Positions 7,971-16,531 are shown, numbered from the stretch's first letter. The stretch is DNA of 21,865 bases from Candidatus Rifleibacteriota bacterium (GCA_051747585.1 JBNJGH010000056.1:1-21865); one strand, 5' to 3'. A program made the numbers and translations. The notes: generated by a model not told the origin, from the sequence alone.

Positions 7971-9215
7971 ATGAACAGCCTTAGAGGTATATCGAAAAAA
8001 ATTAATGCAATTTTGATTATTGTTATGGCAGGTCTTGCATTAGGACTTGTGTTAGCCTGGCATTATTATCAGACTCGAAAGCTGGTAACGGTTGAAAAGG
8101 ATCAATATGCTGCCGAATTGCTGGCACACGATTTGCCCGGTCAGGCTGTAAGAATTCTTGAAGACTCGATTTCACGCGATCCTCTTTCAGAAAAGAGTTT
8201 AAAAAAGCGGAAAACACTGGCTGACATTTATATGAAAGAACTTGACCAATACGAAAAAGCTTTGGCAGAGCTGGTATTTATTAGAACCTTTGCCCCCGGA
8301 AATGCTTCAGAAACTGAAAGCGAAATTAGATACTGCCTTAACCGCCTGGGTAGAACCTATGACGTTGAAAGGCGCCAAATGCTGGCTGAGGGTATTAATC
8401 CGCTTAAAAATGAAGTTGCCTCCGATACTGTTATACGTATTGGCAATAAAGAGGCATTGTCGCTTGCCGATCTCAAGAATCGTCTGCAATCAATGAATCT
8501 GGATTCTGATAATCTGCAGAAATCCCAACTCGATAAAATTGTCCATTCTATTGCAAGAGAAAAACTTCTCAAGCGGGCTGCTGAACGAGAGAAGATTTCA
8601 CAGAGTGAAGATTTTGTCAGACAAATTCGGGAATTTGAAGAAAATCTTAAAATAAAACTGTTTCTGGAAAAAAATGTTTTCAGCGAAATAACTGTAAAAG
8701 AAGCTGAAGTAGATGCTTTTATAAAAAATAACGCAGACCAGTTTAAAATGCCCGACAGGGTTAAATATTCCTGCTTTGCTTTTCAAAATGCCGGGCAGGC
8801 TGAATTTTTTATCGAGCAAAAAGAGGCGGATTCAGCATTTGAATATGCCCAAAGCGCAAGTGCTCCTCAAGTGATTGCCGATGAGATCGAACGGCCGGTA
8901 GAAAAGCTGCCCGCTGAGATTAGAAGTCTGAATTTCAGCCTGGCTGATCAAATTGGATTCTTTGGACCCATCAAAATCGATGATAAATATCTGGTTTACC
9001 AGATTCATTCTTTCGTTCCGGGCCAGAAGTTACCGCCAGCGCAGGTGCGTAATTATGCAAAACAAAAACTGACCGAAAGAAAACAACAGGAAATACTGAG
9101 CGCAGCAATTTCTGAGCTGGCAGAAAAAGAAGAAATGAAAATCAACGAGGAAGTTATAAAGAACGCTTTTTTTGCTCAAGCTTCCGAGACCCAAAAGCTG
9201 AAAAATGAACAATAA
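7971..9215 (+). CDS. Membrane-anchored TPR plus SurA-N/parvulin (PpiC)-like chaperone
   Basis: Start moved from 7893 to ATG 7971 (GAGG upstream, removes the overlap). N-terminal TM; TPR-like LADIY..YEKALAEL; REKLLKRAAERE, ITVKEAEVDAFIKNN..F..P and GPIK segments typical of PrsA/SurA-like proteins. Confidence 0.65.
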   Translation: MNSLRGISKKINAILIIVMAGLALGLVLAWHYYQTRKLVTVEKDQYAAELLAHDLPGQAVRILEDSISRDPLSEKSLKKRKTLADIYMKELDQYEKALAELVFIRTFAPGNASETESEIRYCLNRLGRTYDVERRQMLAEGINPLKNEVASDTVIRIGNKEALSLADLKNRLQSMNLDSDNLQKSQLDKIVHSIAREKLLKRAAEREKISQSEDFVRQIREFEENLKIKLFLEKNVFSEITVKEAEVDAFIKNNADQFKMPDRVKYSCFAFQNAGQAEFFIEQKEADSAFEYAQSASAPQVIADEIERPVEKLPAEIRSLNFSLADQIGFFGPIKIDDKYLVYQIHSFVPGQKLPPAQVRNYAKQKLTERKQQEILSAAISELAEKEEMKINEEVIKNAFFAQASETQKLKNEQ

Positions 9216-9217
9216 TT

Positions 9218-9808
9218 ATGAAAAGTTTCGGGCATAAAATTGAATCAAATTATAGAATTCCAGTGGCCGGGGTGGTTGCATCTCAGTCCTTGCCAGAACT
9301 CCCCCCGGGTGAAGAAATCTATGACCTCATGCCCTTTGCAAAACTTGCTTTTCCATGGCTTTACTGGTTTTTACAGCTGCTAATATTTCTTTTTGCCATT
9401 TTTGTTTTTTTCAAATTGTGGCGCTGGCTGAACACTGAACCCGAGAAAGTAAGAAAGCCGATAATACAAAGCCCTGAAAAGCAGGCTGAAAGGGCCTTGA
9501 GACGTTTGAAGCTTTCGCCGGTATGGAATAACAGGCAAATGAAAGAAATCTGCGAAGTTCTGGTAAAAATACTGAAGACCTTTATAAAGCAGAAATACGA
9601 TATTGGGCTTGGTGCAGCTGCTACCTCTGATGAAATGATGGAAAGTTTAAATAAAGAAAATATTGCCAAAGGGGTGCTCAAAGATATAGGTGATCTATTC
9701 AACACCTGTGACAGAATCAAATATACCGGAAAGACTTACGAAGCAGATGCCGAAAAATTGGCCAGTCTGGTTAAGAAGCTTATTCTTTCCCGGAGGTGGC
9801 AGACATGA
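9218..9808 (+). CDS. Single-TM Bat-operon protein (DUF4381-like)
   Basis: IYDL..P.PW then TM; AERALRRL; TSDE and DRIKY motifs; usual position just upstream of batA; ATGA overlap with the next gene. Confidence 0.7.
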   Translation: MKSFGHKIESNYRIPVAGVVASQSLPELPPGEEIYDLMPFAKLAFPWLYWFLQLLIFLFAIFVFFKLWRWLNTEPEKVRKPIIQSPEKQAERALRRLKLSPVWNNRQMKEICEVLVKILKTFIKQKYDIGLGAAATSDEMMESLNKENIAKGVLKDIGDLFNTCDRIKYTGKTYEADAEKLASLVKKLILSRRWQT

Positions 9809-10818
9809 AGTTTAATAACCCTGAATTTTTGCTGCTTCTGGCTTTGATACCGGTAATAGTTTTTTACAAACTTTTCGTTTTAAGAAATGTTCCCAAAGGT
9901 GGTATAAGGTTCCCTCTGGCATTTCTATCTGCGCAAATCAGGCAATCATGGAGAACAAGACTTATATTTATACCTGACTTGTTGCGTATCGTTACATTAA
10001 CTTTGCTGGTCTTTGCCCTTATGCAGCCTCAATATGGTTTCGAGCGCGAAGAAATCAGCCGCAAAGGCATTGATATTATGATTTCTTTAGATGTTTCGGG
10101 CAGCATGGCAGCCGAAGATTTTAAACCTAATCGCTTAAAAGCTGCCAAAAAAATTACGGAAAACTTTATTACCGGTCTGGTCGACCATCGAATCGGGTTG
10201 GTAGTATTTGCCGGATTGTCTTTGACTCAGTGCCCATTAACCATAGACTATGGTGTGGTTACCGAATTGTTGAGCCGCGCATCGTTGCAAATGATTAAAG
10301 CAGATGGAACCGCAATAGGTGACGCTATTGTAAACGCAGTTTATAAGTTCGATGTCGCTAAAGACAAAAAGCGTGACCGGGTTATTGTTCTTTTAACCGA
10401 TGGTGAAGCCAACGCCGGTGCTGTCGATCCCCTCGAAGCCGCCAAAATTGCTTCTGATAAATCCGTTAAAATTTATACCATTGGGGTTGGCAGTATCGAT
10501 GGAGCAGCGATTCCAATAATACGTAACGGCCGCAAATTTTATGCCCGCAATAATGACGGAAGTCTTTATATTCCCAAAATAGATGAGCAGTTGCTTAAAG
10601 ATATCGCCTATATGACCGGTGGGCAGTATTTTCGTGCAACAGACAACGAAGCTTTAAAGAAAATTTATGATAAGATTGCAACCCTCGAGAAGGGTGAAAT
10701 AGATGTTAACAAAACCACACAGTATTCACACAGATTTTACTGGTTTCTTGCACCGGCTTTTTGTCTGCTCTTAATTGAAATTTATCTGAGAACCAGAGTT
10801 TTTCAGAGGGTATTCTAA
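9805..10818 (+). CDS. batA: BatA-like von Willebrand factor A membrane protein
   Basis: Start ATG 9805 (GGAGG 9792-9796). FNNPEFLLLL N-terminus, MIDAS DVSGS, GTAIGDA, LLTDGE, TGGQYFRA, C-terminal TM. Confidence 0.9.
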   Translation: MKFNNPEFLLLLALIPVIVFYKLFVLRNVPKGGIRFPLAFLSAQIRQSWRTRLIFIPDLLRIVTLTLLVFALMQPQYGFEREEISRKGIDIMISLDVSGSMAAEDFKPNRLKAAKKITENFITGLVDHRIGLVVFAGLSLTQCPLTIDYGVVTELLSRASLQMIKADGTAIGDAIVNAVYKFDVAKDKKRDRVIVLLTDGEANAGAVDPLEAAKIASDKSVKIYTIGVGSIDGAAIPIIRNGRKFYARNNDGSLYIPKIDEQLLKDIAYMTGGQYFRATDNEALKKIYDKIATLEKGEIDVNKTTQYSHRFYWFLAPAFCLLLIEIYLRTRVFQRVF

Positions 10819-11852
10819 TGTTTAAATATCCGGAAAACATAATAATCTTAATTGCCGTTGCAATATGGCTGACAATTCTATGGCGCCACGCGTCTAAAAC
10901 TCTGCTTAAAAAAAGAACCACTTTTGCAAGCAAGCTTATGCTGACAAGAATTGCCGGTCACAAGTCTACTCGGCGTCCCGTTTACAAATGGATTCTGGTA
11001 ATCCTGGCAGTATTGTTAATTTCAATCGGATTAATGCGACCCCAGGGTGGAATGACCGAAGAAGAAATTTTTGGCAAAGGCCTTGATCTTGTAATTGCTC
11101 TGGATATTTCCAAATCGATGAAGGCACAGGATATAGAAGGAAGATCGCGTCTCGATGTCGCCAAAGCCATATTGGCGAGAATGATGAACGGTCTGCGTGA
11201 CGACAGAATCGGTCTGGTAGTTTTTGCCGGGGAAACTATGATTCAAAGCCCCTTGTCGCGAGATAAAGATACTTTTTTAACTTTTCTTGAACGAGTTAAT
11301 CCTTCGTTGTTGGCAAAACAGGGCACCAACCTTTCTTCGGCAATTGAAACCTCAATTGATCGTTTTGACATTAATGCCTCACAGACCAAAGTTATAGTGC
11401 TGTTTTCTGACGGAGAAGATCGAGACAAAGAACGGCTCGACCGAGCTATCGATGAAGCAGGCAAAAAAAACATTCCCATTTTTACCGTAGGACTGGGTAG
11501 CGAAAAAGGTGGCTATATTCCCGAAGGGCGCACCTGGTTCGGAGAAACAGAGTATAAAACTTATAAAGGGGAAAGGGTTATAACTAAATTAAAAGATGAT
11601 GTTTTAAAAAATATAGCAGCTCGAACCAATGCCGAATATTTACGAGCTTCAGATATAAGCAGTGCAAGAGACGTAGTTTCACGATTGAACGAGCTTGACC
11701 GAATCGCCGTATCTGGCGGAACGCGTGAAATTCGAGTTGAATTATTCTGGTTGCCTGCTCTGATTGCATTTCTGTTTTTGTTGTTTGAATGGATGATATC
11801 AGAGCGAATACCCTATGAGCGAGAAAAGGATCATTGGTTAAAAAGAATATGA
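10818..11852 (+). CDS. batB: BatB-like von Willebrand factor A membrane protein
   Basis: TAATG overlap with batA; RPQ, MIDAS DISKSM, DRIGLVVFAG, QGTNL, SDGED, GGYIP; C-terminal TM. Confidence 0.9.
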   Translation: MFKYPENIIILIAVAIWLTILWRHASKTLLKKRTTFASKLMLTRIAGHKSTRRPVYKWILVILAVLLISIGLMRPQGGMTEEEIFGKGLDLVIALDISKSMKAQDIEGRSRLDVAKAILARMMNGLRDDRIGLVVFAGETMIQSPLSRDKDTFLTFLERVNPSLLAKQGTNLSSAIETSIDRFDINASQTKVIVLFSDGEDRDKERLDRAIDEAGKKNIPIFTVGLGSEKGGYIPEGRTWFGETEYKTYKGERVITKLKDDVLKNIAARTNAEYLRASDISSARDVVSRLNELDRIAVSGGTREIRVELFWLPALIAFLFLLFEWMISERIPYEREKDHWLKRI

Positions 11853-12952
11853 AAAAGTTGTATTTAACTTTAATATTGTGTTGTGTTGTTGTTTCTTTAT
11901 CTGCTCATCCGGCTTTTAATAATAAAAAAGCCAGAAAATATCTGCAGGCAGGTAAGCTCGAGGCTGCCGAAAAAGAGTTGCATCTTGCACGGTTTGCTGA
12001 ACCTCAAAGAGCGGAAATAAAATATAATCTCGGTTATCTAAGTTATCGTAAAAGAAATTATAAAAAAGCCATCCAATATTTTTCCGATGCTGCTCAAAAC
12101 ACTGATGACAAAGAACTGAGATTCAGCAGTCTGCATAATCTGGGGAATGCCTCCTACAGGCAGGGTAATTATGCCAAAGCTGTTGAAGCCTACAAAAAGG
12201 GTCTTGAGATTGAACAAAATGCAGAAACCTCTTATAACCTTAAAAAGGCTGAAGAAATGCTGAAAAAACAAATTGAGCAGCAGCAGAAAGAACAGCAAAA
12301 TAAAGAGCAAAAAAAGCAAAAACAGCAAAAATCTGGCGAGCAACAACAAAATAAGCAACAGCAAGGTAATAATAAACAACAAAACCAGGGTCAGAAAGAC
12401 CAGGGGCAGCAGAATAAAGATTCGCAACAAAATAAAGGTAGCCAGCAAAAGAATGGGCAGCAAAAGCCTGAGAGTGATAAAAAACAAAGTGGCTCGAATG
12501 AACGACAAAAAGCCGACAAATCAGAAAAAGGCCAGCAGAAGCAGCAGCAAAGTGGCGAAAAGTCTGAACAGCAAAAGCAGAACCAACAAAAACAGAACCA
12601 GCAGGGGCAGTCTGATAAGGGTGAGCAGCAGGAAAGAGGCGAAGGCAATAACCAAGAGCGTCAAGATGTTCAAATGGGCGATAAAAAAGGCGATGATAAA
12701 AAAATGCCTCAAGCTTCACAACGTGCACGAGCTTTAAAAAACCGTAAGCTGAATCCTTACATGGTTGAGAAACTTTTGCGAGATCTCAAAGAACGAGAGA
12801 AAAAAGGGCAGCTGTATTACCGCAACGAGCCCAGGCGTCAAGAAGAAACCGATCCATTTTCAATGAATGCTCGCCAACTACGCGATTTTTTCAGAAACCG
12901 CGGAAGAAGGGGCCGAAGCAAACCCGGGACTGATGATGAACCTGACTGGTAA
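11849..12952 (+). CDS. batC: BatC-like TPR protein with Gln/Lys-rich low-complexity linker
   Basis: Start ATG 11849 (ATGA overlap with batB). Signal peptide, TPRs YNLGYLSY and HNLGNASY, long Q/K/N tract, terminal DW. Confidence 0.82.
   Translation: MKKLYLTLILCCVVVSLSAHPAFNNKKARKYLQAGKLEAAEKELHLARFAEPQRAEIKYNLGYLSYRKRNYKKAIQYFSDAAQNTDDKELRFSSLHNLGNASYRQGNYAKAVEAYKKGLEIEQNAETSYNLKKAEEMLKKQIEQQQKEQQNKEQKKQKQQKSGEQQQNKQQQGNNKQQNQGQKDQGQQNKDSQQNKGSQQKNGQQKPESDKKQSGSNERQKADKSEKGQQKQQQSGEKSEQQKQNQQKQNQQGQSDKGEQQERGEGNNQERQDVQMGDKKGDDKKMPQASQRARALKNRKLNPYMVEKLLRDLKEREKKGQLYYRNEPRRQEETDPFSMNARQLRDFFRNRGRRGRSKPGTDDEPDW
12270..12665 (+). repeat. Low-complexity Gln-rich coding tract (CAA/CAG/AAA) within batC
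   Basis: Imperfect QQKxQ, SGEQ and SDKG units visible in the translation. Confidence 0.8.
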
Positions 12953-12954
12953 GC

Positions 12955-13941
12955 TCAGGCTTCAACAATAAGGGCTCCTTCGCCTGTCTTGCGTGCATTG
13001 TACAATGCGAGTTGAGCTCTATGAATAAAGCTTTCCAGATCGTCTTCGGTATGAAGACCGGTTAAACCAAAAGAAAAATTGGCTGTAATCTTGTGCTCTG
13101 TCATTTCCATGTTTTCAAGCTTGGCTCTGAATGATCTGATTATTTTACCTGCCTGGTTTACCTTTGTATCGGGCATAAACAAGACAAATTCATCTACTCC
13201 GAGTGAACCAAGAACATCGCATCCCCTGATATGAGCTTTAAGTTCTTCTGCAGATTCTTTTAAAATTTCGTGAGCGGTTTCGTTGCCATGAAGGTTTACT
13301 ATCTGTTTGAAATTTTCCATGTCCATGATAATTAATGAAAGGTCTTCATCTTCATAGTGAGCATGATATATAGCTTCTTCAAGCTTTGATATAAAAAATT
13401 GATGGGTGTAAATACCGGTTTCAGTATCAAATTGTTTTAGTTCGGAAATAATTCTTAACAGGTTTTCTTTTTCGAGAGCAGCAGAAATTGCCCCTGCCAT
13501 TGCCATTAAAAAGTTTAGAGTTCCCTGTTCAATTGAAAATTCTTCTTCAAAATAGTTTGCTAAAAAACCGAAGGTTCTTCCTTCCCAGCCGATATGAATG
13601 GCTATGCACATGGCATAATCTTTATCTATTTTCATTTCTTTGTAGTCGTCAGGGTTTTTTTCAGGAGTTATCAAGGTGAAACTATCTTTAAAAAAAACTC
13701 TACCGATTGTATTGCTGCCGATTTTTTTGTGAAAATTAGTCAAAGCCTGACGTGGAATATTATGAGAATGTGGTATGTCGAGATAAGATGTCTGATTGTT
13801 TTGTAACGCTATGTATGAGTAACTTGCATGCAGCTGTTGTTCAATTGTTCTAAAAGCTTTTTGAATTAACCTGGTAGCGTTGGGTTCGGTTAAATATCCC
13901 TTAAGAGTATGCGAAAGGGCAATGAGCATTTTTTCTTTCAT
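12955..13941 (-). CDS. GAF plus degenerate GGDEF domain protein
   Basis: AAGGAG RBS; N-terminal GAF-like region; DTETGIY, DMENFK, RGCD-VLGSL-GVDEF, SFG, ALYNARKTG. Confidence 0.88.
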   Translation of the reverse strand: MKEKMLIALSHTLKGYLTEPNATRLIQKAFRTIEQQLHASYSYIALQNNQTSYLDIPHSHNIPRQALTNFHKKIGSNTIGRVFFKDSFTLITPEKNPDDYKEMKIDKDYAMCIAIHIGWEGRTFGFLANYFEEEFSIEQGTLNFLMAMAGAISAALEKENLLRIISELKQFDTETGIYTHQFFISKLEEAIYHAHYEDEDLSLIIMDMENFKQIVNLHGNETAHEILKESAEELKAHIRGCDVLGSLGVDEFVLFMPDTKVNQAGKIIRSFRAKLENMEMTEHKITANFSFGLTGLHTEDDLESFIHRAQLALYNARKTGEGALIVEA

Positions 13942-14002
13942 ACCGGCTCCTTATAATACAGATCAGCTGGGACATGAATATTCACTATTTTGCACTGACT
14001 AA

Positions 14003-14011
14003 ATTATAGCA
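14003..14011 (-). promoter_or_regulatory. Extended -10 promoter for the GAF-GGDEF gene
   Basis: TGCTATAAT on the minus strand, ~60 nt upstream of the ATG. Confidence 0.55.
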
Positions 14012-14128
14012 TATCATTAAAATTTACGCTTAATTGCCGGTTTTACTTAGCAATTCTCGGTAAGCGTCTATCAGTTGGCTTTCGAAAAGAATATTCCTCA
14101 CACCAAGTCTCAAAGCCACAAAGAAAAT

Positions 14129-14338
14129 AACCACAGAGCGCACAGAGAACACAGAGAATCTTTTTCAGCCATTGTTTCCTTCTTCAGCAAGCCTTCAGAA
14201 AAGCACTCGTGTTTTTCTGAAGGCTTGCTGAAGAAGGAAAAGCCGGGCGGTGAAACCGCCGGCTATTTGTCCACAGGACAAATCCTGGCTGAAAAAGAGT
14301 AAAAAATCAACTCTGAGCTCTCGGTGGCCTCAGTGGTT
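14129..14338. mobile_element. ~210-bp composite palindromic element, copy 2 (inner core inverted relative to copy 1)
   Basis: Arms AACCACAGAG.. / ..CTCAGTGGTT. Perfect 13-bp inner inverted repeat 14159-14171 / 14286-14298. Hairpins at 14175-14240, 14241-14264 and 14265-14283. Confidence 0.7.
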
Positions 14339-14420
14339 TAAATTCTATATTTGACAGAAAGAAATAAAACCAGAACTTTTTGTAACCAGCTAATAATAAT
14401 TGACCGAGGACTGCTGGGTT

Positions 14421-16421
14421 TTACTTCTTTTTTATGATTTCAATCAGTTTTTTACTGTGGTTCAAAATTTTGTTGCAGGTTTTTTCCATATTTTCAGGCT
14501 GGTATTGTTTCTGAAAATTATCATCAAAAATAAATTGATTATTGCCGGTTACTCCCCATTTAAGTCCTTGAAGTTCGCTGAAATGGTAAAGGCTGCTGTT
14601 CTTATCGCTTCGGTAAACTATACGATTCTTACCCGAAACATCAAAAGTTGCTACTCCTTTGTTTGTATCTTCAAGCATATTGTAACCGTAAGAATTTTTT
14701 ACCTTAAAGTCTGCTAAATGGCCGAGTGTCGGTAAAATATCAATATGACTTGTGAGCTTGTTTACTTTGACAGAAGGCAAACCCCCGCCTAAAATTATAC
14801 ATGGAACCCGGTTCTGCAAAATATCCGGGCTGGTGCTGTGAAACAAAACTCCGTTTTCACCCAGAGCCTGCCCATGGTCGCCGGTAATAACAACAATCGT
14901 ATCAGAAAAAAGATTTTTACTTTTTAACTGGTTAATGAAGTATTCAATAAGATGGTCGCTGTAAAGAATACTGTTACGATATCTGTTAGCCAGACGATTT
15001 GAAACGGTTTTAAAATCAGAGGTTAATATTTCGCGATTTTGCTTTAATACCGGAGTATATTTTTCAAATTCGGGCGGATACCAGTATTTATAATGAGTAT
15101 GAAAAAGAAGCCCTTCTATTATGCACTGATCTGATTTTTGCAGCTTATCAACTATTGCATCACAGATTAACTTGGAGTCTTTAACGACGCCGAGCTCGTC
15201 GGGTTTGAGCTCATATTTATCTTTCAGATAATCTTTAACGGATACATATTGGTATTCCGGATAAAAAAGATTTCCATAAGAGTGACTCAGGCGCAGAAAA
15301 TCGTAACCGCTTTTTTTCAGAAATTCTATCCAGGCGGCGGGGTTTTTATCGTAATAACTGCGTTGCGAGGCCAGGGGCAGGGTGTTGTAATAAATAGCAA
15401 TTATTCCACCTTCGGTTTCATTTGAGTTCGATAAATGGTTAGCGCACCATATTCCTTCTTCAGCCAGTTTTTTTGTCCTGGTCATAAGGTTTGCAACCAT
15501 ATCTGCCCTGAAACTTTCGAAAACCAGAAAAACAAAATTTTTCTTTTTGTGCTTTTTCGTCCATCCGAATTCAGGTTGCTGGTTAAAATCAGCAGATTTT
15601 ACTTTTGCATTTTTAAGAAAGTTGTCAATCTTGTCGAAATTTCGGTTTGCAAGCATCGGATATTGAGGAAGAGGGAACCAGAAATTTCTGATTTTAAATT
15701 CAAAATATTCATTAAAAGGAATACCGGCAGCAAAAATAAAATATTGAATGTAAATAAACAAAAAAGAAAGGGAAAAAACTGCACCGCATATTTTATTTCT
15801 GGCAGTGAATTTTAACTTTGGTCCGTATTTAAAAATAAAGAAGGAAACAATTATAAATAGTGCGATTGCTGCCAGAGGAATTAAAACCATGTTAAGAGTA
15901 AGACCGGCATTGGTAAGGTTCTCGAAAAATGAGCCGCCAAAGGATTGAATTTTTCTTAAGTAAAAACTTTTAATATGTTGCCGGGTCAGGGCGTAATGTT
16001 TGTAGTCGATATAGAGAAAAAGACTGAGAAAAAGATTGAAGGGCAGATAAACAAAAATCAAACGAGGAAAATAATGGCAGGTTACACTTTCCCAGAACCA
16101 TAAAAAATAAGCTGAAAAAAACAATACCCCCCAGAACCAGAATGCCATAGAGTTTAAAGCAACAGAGGCAAAAATAAAGATCAAAAGAAAAATGGCCGGC
16201 AAGTAAACAAATATAAGTTTGTCGGCGAACTGCTTTTTGATTATGCTAAAAATTAGCAAAGCCGCAAAAAACAAGCTTAGGGCAACTTCAATGTTAAAAA
16301 ATGGGATAACCACACTTAAAGCAAAAAAATCAACCGGAAAAATGGCGCTGCTGAAAAATACAATAAGTATGTTTAAAATAATAAACTGAAAAAATAACAA
16401 AAAGCTGTGTCGGTTCTGCAA
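14421..16421 (-). CDS. Polytopic membrane protein with C-terminal sulfatase-like domain (YejM/PbgA / LTA synthase family)
   Basis: TTG start with GAGGG; multiple N-terminal TM helices; FLVFESFRAD, NHLSNSNET, HYKY, YRNSILYSD, ITGDHG and TSHIDILPTL. Confidence 0.85.
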   Translation of the reverse strand: MQNRHSFLLFFQFIILNILIVFFSSAIFPVDFFALSVVIPFFNIEVALSLFFAALLIFSIIKKQFADKLIFVYLPAIFLLIFIFASVALNSMAFWFWGVLFFSAYFLWFWESVTCHYFPRLIFVYLPFNLFLSLFLYIDYKHYALTRQHIKSFYLRKIQSFGGSFFENLTNAGLTLNMVLIPLAAIALFIIVSFFIFKYGPKLKFTARNKICGAVFSLSFLFIYIQYFIFAAGIPFNEYFEFKIRNFWFPLPQYPMLANRNFDKIDNFLKNAKVKSADFNQQPEFGWTKKHKKKNFVFLVFESFRADMVANLMTRTKKLAEEGIWCANHLSNSNETEGGIIAIYYNTLPLASQRSYYDKNPAAWIEFLKKSGYDFLRLSHSYGNLFYPEYQYVSVKDYLKDKYELKPDELGVVKDSKLICDAIVDKLQKSDQCIIEGLLFHTHYKYWYPPEFEKYTPVLKQNREILTSDFKTVSNRLANRYRNSILYSDHLIEYFINQLKSKNLFSDTIVVITGDHGQALGENGVLFHSTSPDILQNRVPCIILGGGLPSVKVNKLTSHIDILPTLGHLADFKVKNSYGYNMLEDTNKGVATFDVSGKNRIVYRSDKNSSLYHFSELQGLKWGVTGNNQFIFDDNFQKQYQPENMEKTCNKILNHSKKLIEIIKKK

Positions 16422-16448
16422 CTTATGCCCTCAACTAAAATTTTACAA

Positions 16449-16457
16449 ATTATAACA
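16449..16457 (-). promoter_or_regulatory. Extended -10 promoter for the sulfatase-like gene
   Basis: TGTTATAAT on the minus strand, 27 nt upstream of the start codon. Confidence 0.5.
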
Positions 16458-16469
16458 CAGAATAAAAAC

Positions 16470-16507
16470 CAAAATGCCACAGCTGTAAAAACAGCTGTGG
16501 CATTTTG
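16470..16507 (-). terminator. Intrinsic terminator after the ECF operon
   Basis: Perfect 17-bp stem CAAAATGCCACAGCTGT / ACAGCTGTGGCATTTTG, 4-nt loop, T-rich tail on the minus strand, 24 nt after the TPR gene stop. Confidence 0.75.
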
Positions 16508-16531
16508 ATTGCCTGAATATGTTTTTATTAC

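Noticed and set aside
12038..12737. Several overlapping alternative-frame and antisense ORFs (including a Cys-rich 85-aa one)
   Set aside because: Shadows of the stop-poor Gln-rich batC tract.
14075..14302. 75-aa ORF (NHRAHREHRE)
   Set aside because: Read-through of the 9-bp-unit arm and palindromic core; TTG start with no RBS.
14381..14410. TGTAACC as a second ECF -35 on the plus strand
   Set aside because: No matching -10 at 16-17 nt, and only an antisense shadow ORF lies downstream.
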